A model generated the notes under the pieces. That model was given only the letters and a program-made list of their open reading frames with translations. It had not been told where the DNA came from and did no database searches. The position numbers were made by a program, and so were the translations under genes. Positions 35,354 to 49,197 of a stretch of 64,000 nucleotides of DNA are shown one piece after another (position 1 is the first letter of the stretch; each line of letters opens with the position of its first letter). Location: positions 15,279,645 to 15,343,644 of the forward strand of contig NC_068983.1 in NCBI RefSeq assembly GCF_001194135.2. The letters are read 5' to 3'. Source of the DNA: Octopus bimaculoides. Taxonomy: Eukaryota.

Positions 35354-35561
35354 CAGTGGTTCTCAATCGGAGTCCATGAGATTTTGTTAAAATTTATGAT
35401 CAAACCACAAGATATTTTCACAATTTTCTCATATGGTTCCTAACAATATTTAATTCTAAAAATATATTAGGATTTTTTAAACATCGAATGGCTATGAAGG
35501 GCCACCCAAGTAAAATAGGAATCGAAGGGGTCCGTAGATAAAGAATAATTGAGAACCTCTG
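35354..35561. mobile_element. hAT-type MITE
   Basis: Ends CAGTGGTTCTCAAT...ATTGAGAACCTCTG; flanks ATCTACAT / CTCTATAT (6/8). Confidence 0.68.
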
Positions 35562-35639
35562 CTCTATATGATCGTTTGAACTGTTAGCAATAGCAGTTAA
35601 ATCTCCTTCAGTTTACAATCCCATCAACACATTCTTGTT

Positions 35640-35833
35640 CTCTTTTATTCGCTTTAACTTGTCTCAGTCATTTGACTGCGGCCATGCTGAAGCACCGCCT
35701 TTAGTTAAGCAAATCGACCCCAGGACTTATTCTTTGTAAGCCTAGTACTTATTCTATCGGCCTCTTTTGCCGAACCGCTAAGTTACGGGGACGTAAACAC
35801 ACCAGCATCAGTTGTCAAGCGATGTTGGGAAGA

Positions 35834-35879
<46 letters not shown>

Positions 35880-36044
35880 CGACGGGCTTCTTTCAGTTTC
35901 CGTCTACCAAATCCACTCACAAGGCTTAGGTTGGCCTGAGGCTATAGCAGAAGACACTTGCCCAAGGTGCCACGAAGTGGGACTGAACCCAGAACCATGT
36001 GCTTGATAAGCAAGCTACTTACCACACAGCCACTCCTACGCCTA
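35640..36044 (-). mobile_element. SINE family A with a central (CA)n
   Basis: Family A consensus, reverse orientation. Confidence 0.88.
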
Positions 36045-38704
36045 TAAAGTGCTAAAAAATTTTATGATAAGGAAAAAGAAGGGAAAGGATATTAAGCGTT
36101 TTGGTGTAACTATGTGTGTAACCAAACATTAATATCAAATTGTGAAATCCAGTAAGGATAGTTTGATTAGTGTTATATCTACGGTAGGTTATTTAATTTG
36201 AGTGTTACTGATAATACTAAATAATGCAGTCTTATGTGTAGGAAAAAAAAGAGACAAGGTAGTAATGGTTGGAACGCTTCTGATCGTAGGCCTACTCAAT
36301 AAGGGCTTGTCCAAAGCTAAACAACAATAATTTCTGTATATCATTACTCTTGCATATTAGTACTACTTGCTAAAAGGTGGATTTACTTTTCAAGATTACG
36401 AAATATTGCAATCCTGAACTGTTAACATTTGATGTTCATTTTCCATGATGGCATGAGATGGACGGTTTGACTGGAGCTAGCAAACTGTTCAGGCACCGAT
36501 TGTCTGTTTTGGCATGGTTACTACGGCTCAATGGCCTTCCTGACACAACCGCTTCATAGACTGTGCTGGGTACTTTTTTACATGCCACTGGCCTGGGGGC
36601 ATTTATGTGACATTGACATGAATGCATTGTACGTAGCATTGGCACAAGTGAATGTGGTAACTTTTTAAAAAAATTAGTCTTAGAAAGTTGAAGTGAAAAG
36701 AATCAGTAGAGACAAGTCAGGATTTCTAACATAAGCACAAATTTATACATTATGGAAGAGGGAACTGTAGCTTAAATTAACCCTAGTGCTGGTATTTATT
36801 TTATTGATCACGAAAAGATTAACGACAAAGTCAACCACTGTGTGATGTGAACTCAGAATATAAAAAAGTATCGTTCGATCGAGGTCGTTGCCATTGCCAC
36901 TGGACTGGCTCCCGTGCAGGTGGCATGTAAAAACACCTTTTTGAGCGTGGCCATTGCCAGTATCATGTGACTGGCCCTCGTGCCGGTGGCACGTAAAAGC
37001 ACCCACTACACTCTCGGAATGGTTGGCGTTAGGAAGGGCATCCAGCTGTAGAAACTCTGCCAGATCAGATTGGAGCCTGGTGCAGCCTTCTGGCTTGCCA
37101 GTCTTCAGTCAAATCGTCCAACCCATGCTAGCATGGAAAGCGGACGTTAAACGATGATGAGGGCATTTTGTTCAGCACTTGGCCAATTCTACCACTGCAT
37201 AAGAGAAAAAGAATATATATTGGTTGAGAGTAAAAATGTAGGAATAGGCCAAAGATTAGAAACAAAGTTTAGAATATTGAGTATGACCTTTTCATGACTA
37301 TTGAGACTGGTTAGAAGGAAGAAAGGAATTTGTTTTCAGACTAAGACCTTGTCTGAATGTATACTTGTATTCAAGGTACTCAAAAACCAGGTGGTGGTGT
37401 TATACTAGACATGACAGATTATGTTTTCCTAAGAACAAAACAGTCCCTCCAATGAGCTTTCACACAATATATACATAGTCTTGCACTACCTCTTGAAAGA
37501 TCCTCATAGAAATAACACTTTTTTTAATTAATCATATGCATTGATTAGACACATTAAGTGAAATGGCAACAACTGGAGACTGAAACTGTTATAGATTTGT
37601 AGGGTAGACATAATAGCAAAAAAAAAAAAAATCTGTATTTTTAAATATATAGCTTGATGAAAATATATTAAAATATAAGGAAAGGTAACCATGGAAAAAT
37701 GAATTACAATGAAAGAAAAAAAAATGCAGAATATAAAGTGGCTGGCATTTGGAAGGGCATCCAGCTGTGAAATCTTATTTCTTTACTGCCCTCAAGGGGC
37801 TACACACAGAGGGGACAAACAAGGACAGACAAACAGATTAAGTCGATTATATCGATCCCAGTGCATAGCTGGTACTTATTTAATCAACCCCGAAAGGGTG
37901 AAAGGCAAAGTCGACCTCGGCAGAATTTGAACTCAGAACATAACGGTAAACGAAATACTGCTGATTTTTTTCGCCCGGCACACTAACGTTTCTGCCAGCT
38001 CACCACCTTTGTGGCTGTGAAATCATGCCAAAACTAACCTTGCCTGTGCTAGTGCCTCATAAAAAGCACTGAGTCCACTCTGCAGAGTGGTTGGTGTCAG
38101 GAAGGGCATCCAGCCATAAAAACCCTGCCAAAACAGACACAGTAGCCTGGGGTAGCCTTCTACCTGGCTGGCTCCTGTCAACCATCCTACCCATGCATGC
38201 ATGGAAGACTGACATTAAACGATGATGATGATGATATATAGAATTTATAATTTATGAATATTACATGAACAGTATTTTGAAAACAAGGTGTTTAATATCT
38301 AATTTCATATATATATGTATATATTTGTGTGTGTATGTGAAATTGATATAAGAAATATAATTTATGATATAAATTTGCAGTTTTATTTTGATTAAAATAC
38401 CAGCAACTTACAGTAAAACCCCTCACTACAATTTGCCTACATTTAGCATCTCTGACTGTCACTCACTCTACTCCATTTGTTTTAGTTTCCCTTTTCCCAA
38501 TATGACCAACAGGACACATTGCATCTTATCATATACAAGATTAATCTTTCTAATTATTTATATATCCTTTCAATGCAATTAGCTTATGCAAGCTCTCTTT
38601 TATCTTAATTGTGTGTAGTTCCTTGCTCTGTAATTAGAATTGTTAATGTGTTTTTTTTTTTTATTAATTGGTTCAATTAAATCTATTTTTGTTTATTCAT
38701 ATAG

Positions 38705-38755
38705 CTGAAAAAACACTGAAGTTTCTTGAAGATCTTCACATAGATTTAAATGCTG
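38705..38755 (+). CDS. Putative second coding exon (PEKTLKFLEDLHIDLNA)
   Basis: ttgtttattcatatag acceptor. The phase-1 entry joins the 33998 exon in frame (C|CT = Pro). Donor gtaaag at 38756, with alternatives at 38762 and 38766. Confidence 0.33.
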
Positions 38756-39004
38756 GTAAAGGTTTGTATGTTTTGTTGAGTATGTATATATTATTTTTGA
38801 TTAGTTTACCTTACATTTTGGTGGAGTTGAGAAAACAAGTACTGTATTTTCCCATGTATAAGAGGCACTCTTACATGAGACAAACCCCTATTCTTTTGTG
38901 GAAAAAACAAATTTAATATTTCATCTTCCACACAGCATCACATCTCTAATACAGTTGCATTAAACATGTGGCAATTTTTTGTTCCATTAAAAATTTTTTT
39001 TTTA

Positions 39005-39095
39005 AAGTACATCTTATACACCGGCATATACAGTACATCTTATACACTGGCATATAAGATGTACATAAAAGTACATCTTATACACCGGCATATAC
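39005..39095. repeat. Short tandem triplication
   Basis: AGTACATCTTATACAC(C/T)GGCATATA occurs three times. Confidence 0.85.
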
Positions 39096-40094
39096 ATAAT
39101 AATATTCTTGAATTAAGAGAATTCATTATGCCCTGTCCTGTACAGAAATGATCTTATGTTTTTGAAAAGGTAAATTCTTTATTAATAAGCTAATGTTGAT
39201 AAATTTTCAAACTAAACATTAAATTGTACAGATTTCACCTGTTGTGGAATACCTTCAAATGAGTCATATGTACTCTACTTCCTTATCTAAGTTGTGACAA
39301 AGGAGTAATTCACTTGTAGAAGTTGTTACTCTAATAATTTACGGCTATCCCAAAGTAAAGCAGTAGATTAAATAGAAACATCACGTATTTTAAAACGAAC
39401 AATAGAAAATAAAAGTCTGCCCACAAGATCTGTATATGACAAATATTACAGATAAATCTTTGTCAATACGGAAGAGGTGTAAATTTTAAATAGGCTTGCT
39501 GTTGCTCTCTTAATATTCTTGCTACACCCTTTCCTACTGCTACTCTTTCTTTTACTAACTTGTACTTTTTCTAATGCTACTACAATTCTTTCTATTACTC
39601 TGAATTTATAAGTTGTTACTACAACTGGTAAGTTACTACCAAACAATGTAACTGTCCTTTCCTACTGTACCTCATTTTCCAGACTCTGTGCTAAACACTC
39701 ATCCAAGAATGAAAACCTTCTGAAACATGCTCCCTGCCCACATCTTCCTTGCAACTATGAAACAAAAGTTGTATTGAATTTTTAATTCCATAAACCATCA
39801 GATGCAATACTCAGACACACCAGTGAGTCTAAGATGCAATGTTCAGACACGTCAGTGAGAGTTCACATTCACGCTTACTCAACTGGTGAAAAATAGCCAC
39901 TTCATCTATGCTAAATCACACTGCGCCATCTTAAATAATGAATGATTCATTGGAAAATGTAGTCCATGATATACAGAAAGACAAGATGGTCACAGCTGGA
40001 ACACTTTTTATCATATGTATACTTGCTTAGAGTTGAACCATTGTTTAAACAATAATAACCAGTGCAAAGGAGCGAAGGATATGACCACGGTCCA

Positions 40095-40372
40095 TTTTCC
40101 TTGAGCTGTATAATAATATATTTTACAAATCGTCCAACCCATGCTAGCATGGAAAGCGGACGTTAAACGATGATGATGATGATGATGATGATGATATTTT
40201 CATCGAGCTGTATAATAATATATTTTAATATATTTTCATCAAGCTATATAATAATATATTTTGATATATTTTCATCAAGCTATATAATAATATATTTTAA
40301 TATATTTTCATCGAGCTGTATAATAATATATTTAAATATATTTTCATCGAGCTATATAATATATTTAAAAAT
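40095..40372. repeat. Minisatellite (unit about 36-38 bp, 5 copies plus one upstream copy) flanking a 5'-truncated family R insert
   Basis: Unit ATTTTCATC(G/A)AGCT(G/A)TATAATAATATATTTTAATAT. Confidence 0.85.
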
Positions 40373-42087
40373 ACAGAATTTTTTTTTTTGCTATTATGTC
40401 TGCCCTACAAATCTATAACAGTTTCAGTTTCCAGTTGTTGCCATTTCACTTAATGTGTCTAATCAATGCATATGATTAATTTAAAAAATGTGTTATTTCT
40501 ATGTTTATGTCACATTGTAAGCTTTTCAGACGAGGTCACATAGAACTGAAAAGAGTAATAATTTACAGTGTTGCAGATCCACTGAGCCCATCCCAGTATG
40601 AATAAATAAATATTAAGCATTAAAACTCGATGATGTTCATCATTGTTGTTGTTAGCGCTTAGCTTTCGAATCAACTTTGATGACAAACCTAATATCAAAA
40701 TCATTCAAGCTATAATCATCCTGTCTAATTTTCATGAAATAAGCTGTTTGGCTAAGATAGGGTGTAGTAGTTTTTCAACAAAAATGTCACCTCATCCATA
40801 TTATCAAATGTATGTATTCTTTTTAAAGAAGGTAGTGTGTTATTTTAGGAAATTTGGTTGTGACTTCTAGCATCCATATCTCCTGTGTAGTTGAGCTACC
40901 ATGAAGAGGTTCTTTCGTTGACCTGTTTATGATGATGATGATGAGGAGGAGGAGGAGGATGGTAATATCTGAATAGACCATAATCTCTCACTCAGCAATT
41001 TTCACTGTTAGAATTATAACTTTGGGCAAGTTTTTGTAGGCTGACACAATTTAGCTATTGAACGCTAGCGCTTTACTGTTACTTGGGTTCATCTCAATTT
41101 CCTAGAAAATGAATTAGGTAGAAATACTGGTTGTTTGAGAATAGTATTCAAAACAACTAATATGTTGATTTATTTTGTTATTTATTTATCTCACTATTTT
41201 TAGCATTTTATTTCATTAATCTCCTAAAATAGTAAATTTCAGTTTATCTTTCCCTTTCTTTTCTTTGTCTTTTGATAAGAAAAAAAAGAGAAAAAATGAT
41301 TAACATAGATTTCTTTTAACATTTAAAGATTTTAAAAGTTGGTCTAATATATTTTGATTTTCTATACGTTTTCACTGTTAACACTTTTTGAACTGACTTG
41401 TGTTACCTTCTATTATTAATTCCGTTCACATTTAAGATGTCTTATAGCAGTGGTTTCCAAACTCAGATTAATTACCCCACCTTGGGTAAAATCCATATTT
41501 GGCTGGGATAATATCAGTGATGCAAGGATAAGTACTTTACCAATTCTGCCAACCCAATGCTTTCTTCCACGCTTTTGCTTTCTCCCAAATGACTGCATAA
41601 TAGTAGAAGAAATAGCAGTAGTAATAATAACAATGATAATAATGATGATGATGATGATTTCCTAAGCACAAGGCCTCAAATTTGGGTCGGGTGTTGCCAA
41701 TTTAATAAACTCCAGTACTTGACATGTACTATACTATAACCCTAGTATATGACAGGTACTGTATTTTATTGATTCCGGAAGGATGAAAGACAAAGTTGAC
41801 TTTGATTAGGATTTTAAATAATAACAGGTCACAAATTCTTGGTGAGATTTGAGCTCAGAAGTTAGAGTAAAAATAATAACTCTATATAATTGCTACCCTA
41901 TAAAATAATACAAATTTAGCTGGATCACTACCAAATAATATAACACAACGCATATTCTACACCATCAATGCCCAATAAAATAGTACAACGCATGTGCTTG
42001 CATAAATGATACCCAGCACTAAGACACCAATAATTCACATTTATCACCTGTCAATATAACCCAACCCACACAGCACATACTCCACAC

Positions 42088-42368
42088 CATTGGCCCCTAA
42101 CTGTTGGGCTGCAGACCAACCAGATCATGTATCATTTGAAACAGGGTTACAAAGAAAGAATAGATTTTAAAATTTTATTTCTACTTTATTGACTATCACA
42201 GTCTGAAGGGCATTTTTGCATTATATATGTAATATGGGTGTCTTGTATATGCTGTAACTAAATTATATATTATGCATTTTGTGTTTTGTTATGCACGTGA
42301 TCCCCTGGTCCATGAAAAACTGTCTTGCATGATACCAGTCTGTGGTGCAAAAAAGTTGGGAACTGCTG
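42088..42368 (+). mobile_element. hAT-Charlie (MER1-like) MITE relic
   Basis: 3' end CCCCTGGTCCATGAAAAACTGTCTTGCATGATACCAGTCTGTGGTGCAAAAAAGTTGGGAACTGCTG resembles the recalled MER1/Charlie right end. The left boundary is uncertain. Confidence 0.45.
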
Positions 42369-43204
42369 CTCTATGCAATCACTGGCCAATACTAAAACAC
42401 AACACCAATCTCATAGCATGTATAAAATATGAACCCTGCCTAACAAAATAACACAGTTCACATTGTCCATGCTCTACACAACAGATGGAAAACTAAAATA
42501 ATGTTGAAACAACAAAACTGATTTAGAAGTCAAACTAAATTCTATATTCTGCACATACATTCATCATCATCATCATTTATTGTTTTAAATCTGGGTTTTG
42601 TCCCCATTAACGGTGGTGGCCAGATCTACCTCAGTGCCATAGCAACTGAGGTAGGTAGGTGCAGCCCACCCCAACCTTTGGGCTGGCTGGTGCCCATTCT
42701 CCTTTGCTATCATGAGGCTTTTTTGGAACTGGATTTCCTACATTGAGCATGCATTTGCTTACTCCAAACCTCAGTTTCTAGACACAAGTGGTCCTGAGAC
42801 CAAGGCCTCTACCACGATTTTTAAGAAATGTGGTGGAAAATTAGCTCAGGAAGGCAGGGATGCTACTTCCTGAGACCCCTTTCAGAGCCCCACTGCATAC
42901 GTTAGAAACACTAAATTACACCTAGTGGTAAAAACTCTCATAAAACTGTTTAAAATATGATAAACTATAATAACAGCTTCAACCATAGTAATAATAATAA
43001 AAGAATTGAACCCACAGTCTTATGACTGTGAACCCAATGCCTAATCACAAGGCCATATACCTTCAATAATAATTCAATAATTCTTTCCTAACAGCTGGAT
43101 GCATTTAACATCACTCCGACTTGAAGTTATAAAAGGTTCTCTCAAAATATTTTATATATTTTATTAGACAGTTTCTTTACTAGGACTCGTATTCATCATC
43201 AACA

Positions 43205-43550
43205 ATGCATGCTGTAAAGGATAGCCTTTTGTCTGCTCAAGATATGCCGATACAAAAGAGAACACATCGAAAATATTATGCAGAGTCAAGACAAAGAATG
43301 CGGTGGACAAAGGAAATGAATTTAGATATTGTCCTCTGCTACTTCAAGGCCATTATAAATTCTTCCACATCATACAGGCGATCAATGCATCGAAACTGGA
43401 AAGAACTATATCCTGATACAACCTTCACCGAACAAAGAATAGCTGATCAGAAAAAACAAATATTCAGCCATGCAAATAATACCAGCACACTCAGTAACAG
43501 AGGACATTGGTTGACAAACTTAGAAGTCGAGGCTATAAAGTGTGAGTGTT
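43205..43550 (+). mobile_element. N-terminal ORF relic of an R4/Dong-like non-LTR retrotransposon
   Basis: RMRWTKEMNLDIVLCYFKA...YRRSMHRNWKELYPD...EQRIADQKKQI...LTNLEVEAIK resembles the recalled R4/Dong N-terminal pattern. Confidence 0.55.
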
Positions 43551-45840
43551 ACTATTTATTTGATGGTGCTGTAAATTGGGGAAAGGAAGGTTGCAATGTT
43601 AATAATAGTAATGATGATAGTATTATCATTACTATTATTGTATTAATGTCACTGATGAACTTAAGAAACAGCAATGTTAAAGATGTAGATATACTGCAAT
43701 GTCATATTTTTTCAGTGGAAACTAAGCTGCGAGTTGACAACAGATATATCAGCAACAACTGACAAATTTACATAGAACATACCGAAGTATTATAGGATGT
43801 TTAATATTCGTAGAGATCAGTTCACTAAACACAGATCTGATATTGTAGTTGTCTGCTAAGTGGGTACAGGTATAGTTGTGTGGTTAAGGAAGTTTGCTTC
43901 ACAACTGTGTAGTTTCTAGTTCAGTCCCACTGTATGGCACTTTACACCTTAGGTAAATGTTTTCTGTGTTAGCCTTGAGTCGACCAGTACCTTATGAGTG
44001 AAATTTGGTATATGTTTGGATGTTGTCAGCAGGACCATTCTTGTTCTTTCTTGTCAGGTTAACTTAATCTAACCACCTGGTCCTTGAGTGCTTTAGTGTA
44101 GTCTACAATCAAATTAGGATTCCTGCCTGAGGTTTGATACTTTCTTGTCTTCTTCCCTTTTTCCCACCAGTTACAGAAATCCTGGAAAGTGCCATGGGTA
44201 TTGTCTTTCCTTTCCTGACCAAGCTAAATTGATATAAAGCCTATTGACCATAGTATAGTCCATCTTTATCGCTGTCATCATCATCATTGTTTTAGCATCT
44301 ATTTTTTCTATGCTGTCTTGGGTTGGACAGGATATAAGATCCAAAATTTATGTCATCTCATCTCTGCAGTTCTGACCTCTTCATCTCTTCTTCCTAAGGC
44401 TTCTTCTGCTATGGGTACCTTCCATTGTTAGCACTTATACTCTAGTTCTTTGCACATCTATACCAAGGCAACTGTCTCTCATGCATGTATCAGTCAATGC
44501 CTCTAATGCCCAGCTACTATTTCAGCTCACTTGTACTTCAGTACTTTAACTTTCATGCACGTCAATGTCTTCCATACTCAAATCATTTCTCTTCAACCTC
44601 TCTCAATGCCATGCAGTATTATTAAAGGTGTCTCTATACTTGTGGTTCTCAGACAGTTCACCTCAAGGGCCTTCTTTGATGCACCACAGATTTTTTAATA
44701 TAATTTACAGCTTTAGAAAATTCATACTAATGCTTCATCTTACAATTCATATTTTTTTTAATATTATATGCAAGTATTATTACAAAAATAAAGGTAAGCA
44801 AAATTTTTCCTTTTTTTTCCTAAAGTTTTAAATTTACAACAGTTTCTATTTTTCAAGCTTTCCATGTGAAGTGCACAAGTAGTTTTTTCATTTTAATGAT
44901 ATCTTGTGCACTGCAAAATCAAAACGGGTCAAGAACCACTGACCTACCAGGAACAAATTTCCTTCAGATAAATCACATGTTCTGTTGCATGTGAAGGATA
45001 TATAGGACTATGTGGTCCTAAATATACAAAAAGATGGGATGGTCATAATTTGAATGCTTTTAAAAATAGGTCTGTTTGTTCTTGCCATAAAACTTAGCTT
45101 CTCACTTTGAGAGAATCAACTGATTCTAGGAACTGGAGCTAGAACTATGGAGCACTGAGTTCGTTTTTGTGATAATTCCATTCTACTCAACAGCTATGGC
45201 AGAATACTTACAGAATTTGTTCAACATGCTAGAGATAGCAGTAAAATCAACCTCAAAATATACCCTACCATCTTACATGTCCACAAGACATATTAGATAA
45301 TGTAATTGCTCATACTTCTAAAAAGACTGGATGATCATGGCTGGGATACCTTTTATCATAGGTAGACCTGAAGCTAAAGAACAACAACAATAGATAAAAT
45401 TAAATAAAAACCACATTACCCAAAATTGTATTGTTTTCTAAGAAATTCTACTTTTACATGTTTAGCCCCAGGTCAATCCTGATTGAGTACATCAAAGATC
45501 AAAGGCAGTCCAACCTTAACAATCCTGTAATATTTTTCCTTAACATAGTCTACCTATACAACCACATTATCCAATAAATATGATCTGACATAATGTTTTT
45601 AATTCAACAGCTAAGTTGGTGTAATTTCTTAGCTTTTCATCTAGCTTCTGCACAACAATATATTTGATCATTCAGTATTACTTTTTCTATATTCTTGTTT
45701 TGGTTTCTAACATTGAAACTGTAGCCATGCTGTCACACCACCATCAGTAATTTAATTGAGCATGTGAACATTAATTTTTATTTCATGTCTGGTGCTTATT
45801 ATATTGAACTTAAGTTACAGGCCATGAAAACTACAAAATA

Positions 45841-47117
45841 TTGGGTCGTCCCATAAATAATGCAGTTTTTTTTTTATATGTCCTTTATTTTTCAAAATTA
45901 AGATAAACAAAGTTCTTTTTTAATCTAAAATATACTCTCCATCGTTTTCTACAATGCTCTTCCATCTATCTGGTAGACTTGCAAAGCCCCTCTTCCAAAA
46001 TTCACTTGTCTGTGATGAAAAATACTCTTCCAGTACTGTTCTGACCTCATCTACAGAATTCATAATTTTTCTGTCCAAATGATTTTGAAGACTGCAGAAT
46101 AAATGATAATCAGACGGGGCAATGTCCAGCGAATATGGTGGGTGGGGCATCGTTTCTCTTTCAAACTGCTCCAGCCATTGGAATGTCATCCTTGCTGTGT
46201 GTGGCTGAGCATTATCCTGATGGAAGAACACCTCTCGTCTTGAAACCAAAGATGGTCGTTTTTCTTCAAGTGCTGACTTAAGCTACTCACATTAGATCTC
46301 CTTTGTTATCGCTTGGTTTGGGTTTAAAAGTTCAAAGTGAACTAAACCTTTCATATCCCACCAAACAGATAACAACACTTTATGTGGGTGAAGACCTTCT
46401 TTAGCCTGGGGTGCCAGTGTTTTTGTTTTCCCTATCTACTGTCTTCGGCACTTTTATAGAGAACCCATTTCTTGTCACCAGTCACTATTTGGTCCAAAAA
46501 AAGGTTCATTCATGAGACATGACAGCAAAGAAGAGCACACATTCACTCTCTGCGTGCGATTAGACTTGGAAAGTCTGTGAGGAACCCATTAACCCAATTT
46601 GCTGACTTTTCTGATGGCACACAGGTATCAACGAATGGTTGAATGACCAATTCCAAGCTTCTCTGCTAGTTCCTCAACAGTTACAATGGGATTTTGTTCC
46701 ACCAGGATTTTTGGGACGTCCTCGTCAAGCTCTAAAGATCTTCCAGGATGGGGCTTATCTTCTAGGCTGCAGTTTCCTGCTCAGAATTTCTGGAACCACC
46801 ACTGACACTGGCTTATGCTTATTGTCTGATCCCCACATACTGCATTAACATTCCTCGCACTTTCTGTTGCGTTGTTGCCTTTATTGAACTCATAAAGCAA
46901 AATATGCCAAATATGCTCCTTTGTCACTTACATCATAGCTTTGAAAAAGATAACTGTTCTCAAATCGAGCAACACTCTTCAAAACTTGTGCTAAGAATAA
47001 GATGGTAAAATTACTACCTGCTTTTATAGCAAGTTGATGCAGGTAGTTTATCCCATCCTCCTCCGACTTTTAGTTCATGCAATTGAAAAAATCTGCATTA
47101 TTTATGGGATGACCCAA
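45841..47117 (-). mobile_element. Full-length decayed mariner element (1277 bp)
   Basis: TIRs TTGGGTCGTCCCATAAATAATGCAG / CTGCATTATTTATGGGATGACCCAA flanked by TA on both sides. Transposase C-terminus HQDNAQPH...HPPYSLDIAPSDYHLF at 46249-45920. Confidence 0.93.
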
Positions 47118-48754
47118 TATAAACAACACTGGTCTTTTAATCAATGTGAAATGTAAACAAAGACATGGACACACACACATACACATACACGCACACACAG
47201 AGTTTCTCTTGACAAATTTCACACACAGGTGTAGGTTGACTCTAGTCATTTGCTCATAATGTCACTTAGTAGGATTGAGCTCAGTCATGTGGTTGCAAAG
47301 TGAACTTCTTGACCACACAACCAAGTGCCATCTTAAAGCATGAACTCACAGAGCATTTACACCAGGGCCTCACAAGTCCAGGGGTTCAATTCTACTTTGT
47401 GTATACTATGGCTTTCTATCAATAGCTAAATACTATTGGGCCCAGTACATTGTATTGCCCAAGGGCCTATAATGCTATTAAGACAGCCTTGCATAGAACC
47501 ATGCTTACTAGATCAATAATTAGTGAACTTTTGTCATGGAAAATTATATTTGGCCTAGTATGCACTCTCTGGAGTTCTGTCAATAATTAGTTTGCTTTTG
47601 TCATAGAAAATAATTCAACCCCAGTATGCAACTGGTACTTAATTTTTTTAACCCCGAAAGGATGAAAGGCAAAGTTGACCTTGGTAGAATTTGAACTCAG
47701 AATGTAAAGAGAAACAAAATACCACAAAGCATTTCGCCCAGCATCCTAACGATTCTGCCAGCTCGCCATCTTATGTCATGGAAAATTATATCTGGCTTAT
47801 CATGCTTTTCTGGTGGTCTGTCTCTATGCTAAAATTTCATAGTATATTTGTCATTTCTAAAAGAGGTAGAGTTTCATATGAGTACCACAGTGATTTTCCT
47901 GAAACAGTTAAAATTAGGTAGCTAGATATAGATAAAGCAACTTTTTGTTGTAATGTCTCTGTGTATATTTTCTTGGAATTAGTTTAGAACATCCTGGTAC
48001 AGTGTGGTATATTGTTTAATAAAATACACTATACAAGTGACCATCCTGGTAGTGTAGTATATTGTTTGATAAAATACACCATACAGATGATATTATCATC
48101 TTGTTTAGAATATCTTGGCACATTGTGGTATATTCATCATAATCATCATCATCATCATCATCATTTAATATCCATGTTCTATGCTGGCATGTGTTGGATG
48201 GTTTGACAGGATCTGGTGGGCCCAAGGACTGCATCAGGCTCCAATGTCTGCTTTGACATGGTTTATACAGTTGGACACCCTTCATAATACCAACCACTTT
48301 ACAGCATGGACCGGGTCCTTTTTTTCATGCCATCAGCACTATTGAGACCACCATGCAGCTTGCAAGACTACAAGTCCCAAGGGGGTGGTGGACAGAGCTC
48401 AGCTTTATGATATAGGAAGAAGGTTAGAGTATTTTGTTCAATAAAATACTTAATACAGGTGATGTTCGCCATCTATATTGTAGAAGTTGTGGATATTCGT
48501 TTCAGTATAACTAGTGGTGATGGCCTGCCTTTTATTTCATGAATGTTATTCAAGTCAAGTTTATACGTCCATATCAGATATAGTTTTGTTTTTTTGGTGA
48601 GGGTGGGCTGTTTAATGTGGCATCATGTTCATGGAATATGGGCTAGATAAATACTGCGTGGGTGATTGCCACAGTTGACTCATATGCTAGAAACTATTGT
48701 AATGTTTTATTATCCAAATTAAAGGGAACAAGCCTAGAAGGAAATGAAGTCCAG

Positions 48755-48917
48755 AGGCGTAGGAGTGGCTGTGTGATAAGTAGCTTCCTTACGAACCACA
48801 TGGTTCTGGGTTCAGTCCCACTGCATGGCACCTTGGGCAAGTGTCTTCTACTATAGCCTCGGGCCGACCAAAGCCTTGTGACTGGATTTGGTAGACGGAA
48901 ACTGAAAGAAGACCGTC

Positions 48918-48981
<64 letters not shown>

Positions 48982-49197
48982 ATATGTTTGTGTGTCTGTT
49001 TGTCCCCCCAACTTTGCTTGACAACCGATGCTGGTGTGTTTACGTCCTCGTAACTTAGCGGTTCGGCAAAAGAGGCCGCTAGAATAAGTACTAGTCTTAC
49101 AAAGAATAAGTCCTGGGGTTGATTTGCTCGACTAAAGGCGGTGCCCCAGCATGGCCACAGTCAAATGACTGAAACAATTAAAAGAGTAAAAGAGTAA
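48755..49197 (+). mobile_element. SINE family A with long (TA)n(TG)n
   Basis: Family A consensus. Confidence 0.9.

Noticed and set aside
39435-39790. Plus-strand acceptors at about 39452 and 39683 as further kinase exons
   Set aside because: In-phase frames hit stops within 13-14 codons without good donors.
40195-40372. Regular repeats of about 37 bp resembling a CRISPR array
   Set aside because: Units are directly adjacent with no unique spacers; eukaryotic context; no cas genes.
44171-44197. Candidate 27-bp plus-strand micro-exon (TEILESAM) with a strong acceptor
   Set aside because: Weak donor, and the neighbouring sequence resembles a dispersed repeat also seen near 55910.
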